This document shows, one piece after another, positions 56,638 through 64,000 of a DNA stretch of 64,000 nt (positions within the stretch are counted from its first letter, which is position 1; each line of letters opens with the position of its first letter). The stretch spans positions 47,309 through 111,308 of the forward strand of contig USGK01000001.1 in the NCBI GenBank assembly GCA_900554175.1, read 5' to 3'. The translations under genes and the position numbers were made by a program. Under the pieces are notes generated by a model that ran no database searches, was not told the DNA's origin, and saw only the letters and a list, made by a program, of their open reading frames with translations. Source of the DNA: an uncultured Clostridium sp. (GTDB taxonomy: Bacteria; Bacillota; Clostridia; TANB77; CAG-508).

Positions 56638-59251
56638 ATCAAAGTGTTCACCAATGATGCAAAGGTATTTAGAAACAAAAGAAAATTATCCTGACTGTAT
56701 TTTGTTTTACAGATTAGGAGACTTTTATGAAATGTTTTTTGATGATGCAGAAAATGTTTCAAGAGAACTTGAACTTACACTTACAGGAAAAGATTGTGGG
56801 TTAGAAAAAAGAGCACCTATGTGTGGAATTCCACATCATGCAGCAGACACATATATTGCTAGATTAATTGCAAAAGGATACAAAGTAGCAATATGCGAAC
56901 AATTAGAAGACCCTAAAACAGCGAAAGGAATTGTAAAAAGAGGTGTAATAAAAGTCGTAACTCCTGGAACAGTTGTAGAATCAAATATGCTTGAAGAAAG
57001 AAAAAACAACTATATAATGAGTATATTTAAGTCAGGAATTTACTATGGTATAGCGATTACTGATATTACAACAGGAGAATTTTATTCAAGTCAAATAAAA
57101 GAAGTTAATAATTTTCCTGTATTACTTGATGAAATTGCAAGATTTTCACCATCTGAAATTATAGTTAATTCTTTGATGACAAATTCTTTAGAAGAAATTT
57201 CAAAAATAAAAGAAAGATTTGAAAATGCATATATCAGTAATTTTGAAGACAAATATTTCTATGACGAAAAAGAAAATATTTTAAATAGATTTAAAATTCA
57301 TGACATTAAAGGAGCAGAGATTAATTTAAATAATTTAGAGCTTGCTGTATGTAGTATAAATGCACTTGTAGAATATTTAAATCAAACCCAAATGACATCA
57401 CTTGATCATATTAATAAAATTACAATTTATACTGTTTCAAGATATATGGCCTTAGATATAAATGCAAGAAGGAATCTTGAGATAACAGAAAGAATGAGAG
57501 ATAAATCAAAAAAAGGCACTTTGCTTTGGGTATTAGATAAAACATCAACATCAATGGGAGGTAGACTTTTAAGAAGATGGTTAAGTGACCCATTAATTGA
57601 TTTAAACGAAATAAATAGAAGACTAGATGCGGTTGAAGAATTGAAAAATGATTTGATGCTAAGAGGAGAAGTTACAGAAGCTTTAAAAAAAGTATATGAC
57701 ATTGAACGTTTAGCAGGAAAAATGGCATATGGCAATGGAACGCCAAGAGATATGATAACATTAAAAAATTCTCTAGGCAAAGTTCCAGAAGTCAAAAATA
57801 TAATATCGAATGCTAAAAGTAGTTATATAAGATATATTTATGAAAATATAGACGAATTAAAAGATATTTATGAATTAATTGACTCTTCAATTGTAGATGA
57901 CCCACCAATGTTAACAAAAGACGGTGGATATATAAAAATGGGATATAATGAAGAAATAGATAAATTAAAAACTGCAACAACAGATGGAAAATCTTGGCTT
58001 ATGCAACTAGAACTTGATGAAAAAGAAAAAACAGGAATAAAGTCATTAAAGGTTGGTTTTAATAAAGTTTTTGGATATTATATAGAAGTTACAAATACAT
58101 ATAAAGATCAAGTTCCAGATAGATATATAAGAAAGCAGACATTAACAAATGGAGAAAGATATATTACAGAAGAACTTAAAAATATTGAAAACCAAATTTT
58201 AGGAGCTGAAGAAAAAGTAATAAAACTTGAATTAGAGGCATTTGATAAAATTAGAAAACAAATTGCTAAAAATGTTCAAAGACTTCAAATTACAGCAGAA
58301 ATGATATCATCACTTGATGTTTTAGTATCATTTGCAACGGTTGCAGAAGATATGAACTATTGTAAACCTAAAATAGAAAATGATGGAGTTATTGACATTA
58401 AAGAAGGTCGACATCCTGTAATAGAAAAAATGTTACCATTTGGTAGTTTTGTTTCAAATGATACATATTTAAATGAAAATGAATCAAGACTATCTATTAT
58501 AACAGGACCTAATATGGCAGGAAAGTCTACATATATGAGGCAAACAGCATTAATAACATTAATGGCCCAAATAGGAAGTTTTGTTCCTGCAAAATCAGCT
58601 CAAATAGGAATCGTTGACAAAATTTTTACAAGAGTTGGTGCATCAGATGATTTAAGTATGGGACAAAGTACATTTATGGTTGAAATGATGGAAGTGGCAA
58701 CAATTTTAAAAGAGGCAACAAAAAATAGTTTAGTCATTTTAGACGAGATTGGTAGAGGAACTTCTACGTTTGATGGATTATCAATTGCTTGGGCTGTTGC
58801 TGAATATATTGCAGATAAGTCTAAATGTGGAGCTAAGACTTTATTTGCAACACATTATCATGAATTGATAGAGCTTGAAGATAAAATAGAAGGAATAAAT
58901 AACTACTCAATTGCAGTAAAAGAAAAAGGTGAAGATATAATCTTTTTAAGAAAGATAGTACCAGGTGGAACAGATGAAAGTTATGGTATTCACGTTGCAA
59001 AACTTGCAGGAGTTCCAAAAGATGTTACTAAAAGGGCAAATGAAATATTAAGAACAATGGAAAGAAAAAGTGTATTTGGAAACAATTCTGAGAAACCAAA
59101 AGAAAACAAAAAAGTAGTTGAAGGACAATTTGATATGTTTAACTTTAAAATTGCAGAAATTGCTCAAGAAATAGATAAAATTAATCTAAACGAGTTAACT
59201 CCTATAGATGCTTTAAATACTTTAGTTAAAATTAAAGAAAAAATAATGTAA
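56624..59251 (+). CDS. mutS: DNA mismatch repair protein MutS
   Basis: SPMMQRYLETKENYPDCILFYRLGDFYEMFFDDA, GPNMAGKSTYMRQ, LDEIGRGTSTFDG, ATHYHEL. Overlaps the miaB stop by 14 nt. Confidence 0.96.
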   Translation: MNVDKSKCSPMMQRYLETKENYPDCILFYRLGDFYEMFFDDAENVSRELELTLTGKDCGLEKRAPMCGIPHHAADTYIARLIAKGYKVAICEQLEDPKTAKGIVKRGVIKVVTPGTVVESNMLEERKNNYIMSIFKSGIYYGIAITDITTGEFYSSQIKEVNNFPVLLDEIARFSPSEIIVNSLMTNSLEEISKIKERFENAYISNFEDKYFYDEKENILNRFKIHDIKGAEINLNNLELAVCSINALVEYLNQTQMTSLDHINKITIYTVSRYMALDINARRNLEITERMRDKSKKGTLLWVLDKTSTSMGGRLLRRWLSDPLIDLNEINRRLDAVEELKNDLMLRGEVTEALKKVYDIERLAGKMAYGNGTPRDMITLKNSLGKVPEVKNIISNAKSSYIRYIYENIDELKDIYELIDSSIVDDPPMLTKDGGYIKMGYNEEIDKLKTATTDGKSWLMQLELDEKEKTGIKSLKVGFNKVFGYYIEVTNTYKDQVPDRYIRKQTLTNGERYITEELKNIENQILGAEEKVIKLELEAFDKIRKQIAKNVQRLQITAEMISSLDVLVSFATVAEDMNYCKPKIENDGVIDIKEGRHPVIEKMLPFGSFVSNDTYLNENESRLSIITGPNMAGKSTYMRQTALITLMAQIGSFVPAKSAQIGIVDKIFTRVGASDDLSMGQSTFMVEMMEVATILKEATKNSLVILDEIGRGTSTFDGLSIAWAVAEYIADKSKCGAKTLFATHYHELIELEDKIEGINNYSIAVKEKGEDIIFLRKIVPGGTDESYGIHVAKLAGVPKDVTKRANEILRTMERKSVFGNNSEKPKENKKVVEGQFDMFNFKIAEIAQEIDKINLNELTPIDALNTLVKIKEKIM

Positions 59252-59304
59252 ACTAAAAATGTAATTTTGGGAAAATAGGATATAATTTATTTTGGAGGAA
59301 AAAA

Positions 59305-60673
59305 ATGGCAAAATCGAGTAACAAAACAGTTTTTGTTTGTAATGAATGCGGATATGAAAGTCCAAAGTGGATGGGAAAGTGTCCAGCTTGCAATAGCTGG
59401 AATACTTTTTTTGAACAAAAAATAGAAACTCATATTGAAAACGGAGTAAAAAGAATAAAAGAAAAGAACGAACCAAAGAAGCTAAGTTCTTATAAAGGAC
59501 AAGATGTTGCTAGAATTTCTACTGGATTTAATGAATTGGATAGAGTTTTAGGTGGAGGTATTGTAAATGGTTCTTTGATTTTGTTAGGAGGAGAACCAGG
59601 GATTGGAAAATCAACACTAATTCTTCAAATCTGTGATAAGATTAAAGGAGAAGGAAAAGTTTTATATGTATCAGGTGAAGAATCTGCGGAACAAATAAAA
59701 TTAAGAGCAGATAGACTTCGGAATAAATAATGATGATATTTTATTTCTTGGCGAAACGGATATATCTTCAATAAATGACAGTATAATAGAAATAAAGCCT
59801 AAACTAGTTATTATAGATTCTATTCAGACGATGTATTCTGAAGATATAACAGCGGCAGCAGGAAGCGTAAGCCAAGTAAGAGAAATAACATCCCAAATTA
59901 TGAGGATTTGTAAATCACAAGGAATTACAACGATAATTATAGGGCATGTTACAAAAGATGGAACAATTGCAGGACCAAGAGTTTTAGAACATATGGTAGA
60001 TACTGTTTTATATCTTGAAGGAGAAAGATATTTTTCTTATAGAGTTTTAAGGGGAGTAAAAAATAGATTTGGATCTACAAATGAAATCGGTATGTTTGAA
60101 ATGAAGGGAGAAGGACTATGTGAAATAACAAATCCTTCTGAAATTCTAATTTCTGAAAGAGACGATAATCCATCAGGTTCAGGAATAGTTGCAAGTATTG
60201 AGGGAACGAGAGCTATGCTTGTGGAAATTCAAGCTTTAACATCTCAAAGTGTTTTTGGAATACCTAAAAGAACAGCTAACGGTTTTGATTATAATAGATT
60301 AGCAGTTCTAGTAGCAGTTCTTGAAAAAAGATCAAGACTAATGTTAGGAGGGCAAGATATTTATTTAAATGTTGTAGGAGGTATAAAATTAAATGAGCCT
60401 GCAATTGATTTAGGAGTATGTTGTATAGTTGCTTCAAGTTTTAAAAATGTACCTATTTCAAAGGATACTGTAATTATGGGTGAAGTTGGTCTAACGGGAG
60501 AAGTAAGAAGAATAAGTATGATTGAAAAAAGACTAAAAGAAGCAGAAAAACTTGGATTTAAAAGGTGTATTATTCCAGAAAATAATAAAAAGTATTTAGA
60601 AGAAGAATATAAAATTCAAATAATTGGTGTTAAAAATTTAAATGATGCCATGCAAGTTTTGGGAATAAAATAA
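59305..60673 (+). pseudogene. radA: DNA repair protein RadA/Sms, split by one +1 frame change at 59716-59721
   Basis: ORF 59305..59730 carries the zinc ribbon (CNECGYESPKWMGKCPACNSWN), Walker A (GGEPGIGKSTL) and YVSGEESAEQIKLRADRL. The +1 frame continues with GINNDDILFLGETD...IIDSIQTMY, KNRFGSTNEIG and a Lon-like C-terminal domain, to 60673. Confidence 0.88.
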
Positions 60674-60675
60674 TA

Positions 60676-60712
60676 ACAGGGATTTTTAAAAAATCTCTGT
60701 TATTTTTAAATT
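60676..60712. terminator. Bidirectional terminator between radA and the DUF1064 gene
   Basis: AACAGGGATTTTT / AAAAATCTCTGTT (one G-U pair), then ATTTTT. Confidence 0.75.
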
Positions 60713-61039
60713 ATACTTATCTTCAAAAACTTTCTTTTTTGTAATATATTCTTTAGTTTTAAAACCTTTTACATCAATTACATCATAAGTAGAATCATTA
60801 TTAAAAACAATGAAATCAGCTTTATATTTAAGACCAGGTGCTAAAATAAAAGTAGGTTGTATGCAAAATCCTTTTATATCTTTAGCTTGAAGTCTCAGTT
60901 TTAAACTTTGATAATATTCAGCTTCTTTCAAACTATCAAATGTATGACCATCCACAGAGGTTTTCGTTGCTCTATATTTTGTTTTTTTGACAGTTTTATT
61001 AGTATAATTTTTATAATCTTCAACACTCCAATGTTCCAT
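60686..61039 (-). CDS. DUF1064-family protein (phage-type PD-(D/E)XK-like putative nuclease)
   Basis: VDGHTFDSLKEAEYYQSLKL, IQPTFIL, YKADFIVF, YDVIDVKGFKT fit the DUF1064 pattern as I remember it. Start at the ATG at 61039. Confidence 0.7.
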   Translation of the reverse strand: MEHWSVEDYKNYTNKTVKKTKYRATKTSVDGHTFDSLKEAEYYQSLKLRLQAKDIKGFCIQPTFILAPGLKYKADFIVFNNDSTYDVIDVKGFKTKEYITKKKVFEDKYNLKITEIF

Positions 61040-61168
61040 TCTTCCCAATTCCTTTTGTATAAATTTAAAAAAAGTATATCATAAATAAAATTTGATTTCA
61101 ATATATTATAAAGTAAAAAATAAATATGAAAAATTTTTACATATTCACTGATTTTAACAAAAAAACAC

Positions 61169-61198
61169 TTGACAGTACACAATAATATATGTTATACT
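61169..61198 (+). promoter_or_regulatory. Promoter for the helD-like gene
   Basis: TTGACA (61169-61174), 18 nt, TATACT (61193-61198). Confidence 0.5.
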
Positions 61199-61233
61199 AG
61201 AAAAGTAATGTAAATGAGATAATATTTAAAAAA

Positions 61234-61275
61234 AGTTGGAACCAAGGGAAAAAACCAAAAATTCCAGCTTTTTTC
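61234..61275 (+). terminator. Terminator-like hairpin inside the helD 5' leader (possible attenuator)
   Basis: AGTTGGAA (61234-61241) / TTCCAGCT (61262-61269), 20-nt loop, followed by TTTTTT. Confidence 0.45.
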
Positions 61276-61334
61276 TTATGTAAACGAAAAAAGAAATTAG
61301 TTATTGGTTCAAAAAATAAAAAGGAGGAAAAGAA

Positions 61335-63476
61335 ATGGAAGAAGAAATAAAAAAACTTCAAGAAATTTTGATACTTGTAGAGGAGAACCTAAAAAGAAAT
61401 GACATTCTATATACAAATGTATTAAAAACAACAGAAGATGAATATCTTATAGGAAGTTTAGAACAAGAATTCTACACGAAAGAAAAGAGTTTAAAAAGGG
61501 CACAATTAACCCCATATTTTGCAAGAATAGATTTCAAACAAGATAATTTAAAACAATCAAATAAAGAAGAAATTTATATTGGAAAAGCGACAATATTTGA
61601 TGATGACTCTAATGTTGCAGTAGTTGATTGGAGAGCACCTATAGCGAGTATTTATTATGATGGAAAGATTGGAAAAACAAAATATGAATGTCCTGAAGGA
61701 ATAATTGAAGGAGAATTAAGTTTAAAAAGGCAATATACTATAGAAAACGGAAAATTAATAAATTATAGAGATGTAGACATTACCACAAATGATGAGATGC
61801 TTCAAGATTGTTTAAATGAAAAGTCTGACAAGAGACTTAAAAATATAGTATCAACAATTCAATCTGAGCAAAATCAAATAATCAGAGCAAATATGTTTAA
61901 ACCGTTAATAGTTCAAGGAGTTGCAGGATCAGGAAAAACAACAGTTGCACTTCATAGAATTGCTTACTTAGTATATACATATAAGGAAAATTTTAAGGCA
62001 GATGATTTTCTTATTCTTGCACCAAATAAATTCTTTTTGGACTATATATCAAATGTTTTACCTGACTTAGGTGTAGAAAATGTAAAACAACAAACTTTTG
62101 AGGAATTTGCAATGGAAATTATTAAAACAAATATTAAAGTATTAAATCCAAATATTGAACTTTCAAAAATAGTTGAAAATAGTGAAGATGCAAGCATAGT
62201 CAAGAAATCAGCAATTTTTAAATCAAGTTTAAACTTTAAGATAGTACTAGATAATTATCTGAATAATTTATATAAAAATATACTTCCACAAAAAAATTTT
62301 GAAATATGTAAAATAATAATATTTGAACATAAAGAATTACAAAGTTTACTGGAAGACGCGTTAAAAAGGAACTCATTAAATGCAAGTTTAAAAATTTTAA
62401 CTAGCATTATGGAAAAAAGATTAAAAGAAAGAAGCAATAACATTATTGATATTATAACAGAAAGTCGTAAAGTAAAATTAGATAAAATTTCAGAAGAAAA
62501 TAAAAAAGAAAGAATGAAAATTTTTGAAGAAACCGAATATGAAATAAGCAACTTATTAAAGGGCGGAAAAAAATTAGTAAAAGATTATATAAAAGGTATA
62601 AAATTGAGAGGCATTTTAGAATATTATAAGGAAATATTAAATAATAAAGAGAATTTGCTAAAATATATAGATAGTGCAACTGCAGAGTATGTTATAAAAG
62701 AATTAAATAATAACGTTAAAAATAAAAAGATTGAATATGAAGATGTAGCAGCTCTTTTGTATCTAAAATATAAGATTTACGGATTACAAGAAAGGTTTTC
62801 ATTAAAACATATTGTAATAGATGAAGCACAAGATTTTAGTGAATTTCAATTTTATGTATTAAATGAAGTTTTAGGAAATAATAAATCAATGACTATATTA
62901 GGTGATATTGCACAAGGAATTTATTCGTATAGAGGTACAAATAATTGGCAAAAGATAAATGAAGAAGTATTTGGAGGAGATGCAAAAATTGAGATGTTAA
63001 GCAATAGTTATAGAACAACTTATGAAATTATGAATGAAGCAAATAAAATATTATCAAAAATTTCTAGTGAAGAAAATTTAAACTTAGCTATTCCTTTATC
63101 AAGGCATGGAAGGAATGTTACCTATACCAGTGCAAAAAAATTTGAAGAAAAAATTATGATTACATTAGAAAAAATAAAGGAATTACAAAATGAAGGATTT
63201 AAAAATATTGCCATAATTGCCAAAGATGCAGATACTTGTTTGAAAATACAAAAAAAACTTGAAGATTATAATATTTTTGCAAATTTAATTTCAAATGATT
63301 TAATTAAATATGAGGGAGGTTTGATAGTGGTTCCTTCATATTTATCTAAAGGCTTAGAATTTGATAATGTAATAATTTTTGACTATGATAAATACAGTAG
63401 CAGTAAATTAGATATAAAACTTTTATATGTGGCATTTACAAGAGCTATGCATACATTGGATGTAATAAAAGATTAA
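61335..63476 (+). CDS. helD: HelD-like UvrD/Rep-superfamily helicase (helicase IV type)
   Basis: N-terminal YFARIDF...VVDWRAPIASIYYD, GVAGSGKTTVALHRIAYL, IDEAQDFSEFQ, SYRTT, C-terminal KGLEFDNVIIFD and YVAFTRAMHTL. Confidence 0.85.
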   Translation: MEEEIKKLQEILILVEENLKRNDILYTNVLKTTEDEYLIGSLEQEFYTKEKSLKRAQLTPYFARIDFKQDNLKQSNKEEIYIGKATIFDDDSNVAVVDWRAPIASIYYDGKIGKTKYECPEGIIEGELSLKRQYTIENGKLINYRDVDITTNDEMLQDCLNEKSDKRLKNIVSTIQSEQNQIIRANMFKPLIVQGVAGSGKTTVALHRIAYLVYTYKENFKADDFLILAPNKFFLDYISNVLPDLGVENVKQQTFEEFAMEIIKTNIKVLNPNIELSKIVENSEDASIVKKSAIFKSSLNFKIVLDNYLNNLYKNILPQKNFEICKIIIFEHKELQSLLEDALKRNSLNASLKILTSIMEKRLKERSNNIIDIITESRKVKLDKISEENKKERMKIFEETEYEISNLLKGGKKLVKDYIKGIKLRGILEYYKEILNNKENLLKYIDSATAEYVIKELNNNVKNKKIEYEDVAALLYLKYKIYGLQERFSLKHIVIDEAQDFSEFQFYVLNEVLGNNKSMTILGDIAQGIYSYRGTNNWQKINEEVFGGDAKIEMLSNSYRTTYEIMNEANKILSKISSEENLNLAIPLSRHGRNVTYTSAKKFEEKIMITLEKIKELQNEGFKNIAIIAKDADTCLKIQKKLEDYNIFANLISNDLIKYEGGLIVVPSYLSKGLEFDNVIIFDYDKYSSSKLDIKLLYVAFTRAMHTLDVIKD

Positions 63477-63572
63477 TGAGATAAAAATTAAATTAAAGTT
63501 TAAACTAATTCAAAAAAATGTCGAATTAGAATAAATTTTGAAAAAAAGTGAGTCAATATATCAAATTATGTA

Positions 63573-63601
63573 TTGACATATAATAAAAAAGAATTTATAA
63601 T
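63573..63601 (+). promoter_or_regulatory. Promoter for the SAM riboswitch-metK transcript
   Basis: TTGACA (63573-63578), 17 nt, TATAAT (63596-63601). Confidence 0.6.
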
Positions 63602-63609
63602 AAAATATA

Positions 63610-63712
63610 TTATCAAGAGTGGACGAGAGAATCGGCTCTATGACTCCACAGCAACCTGTAAAAAGAAGGTGCTAATACCGACAAAGTTATTTTAAGAAAC
63701 TTTGGTTGATAA
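63610..63712 (+). ncRNA. SAM-I (S-box) riboswitch aptamer
   Basis: TTATCAAGAG...GGC...ATGA...CAGCAACC...GGTGCTAA...GATAA matches the S-box core. Located directly upstream of metK. Confidence 0.9.
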
Positions 63713-63732
63713 TTAATATGAAAAAATATTAT

Positions 63733-63766
63733 TAGCCTTGCTTCTTAAAGTTAAGGCTTTTTATAT
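63733..63766 (+). terminator. Riboswitch expression-platform terminator
   Basis: AGCCTT / AAGGCT stem, followed by TTTTT. Confidence 0.65.
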
Positions 63767-63833
63767 TGAAATTAATTTAATTTTTTTATACAAATATAAA
63801 AATCCAAAAAGCCTTACAACGAAAGGAGTTTAT

Positions 63834-64000
63834 ATGAAAAAATTATTCACATCAGAAAGCGTAACAGAAGGGCATCCAGATAAATTATGCGATTTTATTT
63901 CAGACAGCGTGTTGGATGCATATTTAGAAAAAGACCCATTTGCGAGAGTAGCTTGTGAAACGGTTGCAGGAAAAGGAGAAATTTTTATTACAGGAGAAAT
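63834..64000 (+). CDS. metK: S-adenosylmethionine synthase (3'-partial, runs off the window)
   Basis: [31 protein letters not shown]...[17 protein letters not shown]. Confidence 0.93.
   Translation, partial: MKKLFTSESVTEGHPDKLCDFISDSVLDAYLEKDPFARVACETVAGKGEIFITGE

Noticed and set aside
59222-59476. Minus-strand 84-aa ORF spanning the mutS end and the radA start
   Set aside because: It overlaps two confidently identified plus-strand genes and their intergenic SD, and is Phe/Leu-rich low complexity.
1-64000. CRISPR arrays, rRNA genes, prophage blocks, toxin-antitoxin pairs or recognisable defence systems
   Set aside because: I saw no regularly spaced 25-40-nt repeats, no rRNA-like GC-rich stretches and no clusters of phage structural or defence genes. 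The only phage-like gene is the isolated DUF1064 ORF.

Overview
This is an AT-rich chromosomal segment of Firmicutes/Clostridia type from an endospore former (yabP, yabQ, divIC and spoVS are present). It is densely packed, mostly on the plus strand, and mostly housekeeping. Recognisable genes are pta-ackA, disA, a membrane-anchored cyclophilin, a CobW/G3E GTPase, a LOG-family protein, hrcA, a GT4 glycosyltransferase, recG, tRNA-Leu(UAG), an IscU-like + GGGtGRT gene pair, proS, rlmD, pfkA, copZ-copA, prfB (with the classical CTT TGA C +1 frameshift), aspartokinase, rho, recA, recX, scpA, miaB, mutS, radA, a HelD-like helicase, and a SAM-I riboswitch ahead of a 3'-truncated metK. The stretch from about 24.0 to 38.7 kb looks accessory. 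It holds a GNAT, a SAM-methyltransferase, a YjjX-like NTPase, a transglutaminase-like protein, and a TetR regulator with two perfect palindromic operators controlling a MacB/FtsX-type ABC exporter. It also holds an intact IS91-family (HUH, Y2) transposase with a translationally coupled zinc-ribbon ORF, a second fused MacB-type ABC protein, pepF and a Xer-like tyrosine recombinase. I found no clear novel multi-gene system. The observations most worth a second look are listed here.
1. mtnN and radA are each split by one +1 frame change, and both changes sit at an in-frame CGG codon (ATC-CGG-A and CTT-CGG-A). No confidently called CDS in the window uses CGG in frame.
2. Five TGTAAT hexamers lie at exact 11-bp phasing upstream of a hypothetical gene.
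3. A protein with a type IV pilin-like N-terminus and BspA-type LRRs is inserted between recA and recX.
4. A subtilase-like surface protein has lost its catalytic motifs.
5. The uncharacterised GGGtGRT pair has a candidate operator.
6. Several canonical operons are fragmented: hrcA lacks grpE-dnaK, mutS lacks mutL, scpA lacks scpB, and radA lies far from disA.
All calls come from reading the sequence and from motif recognition by memory. No database search was run.
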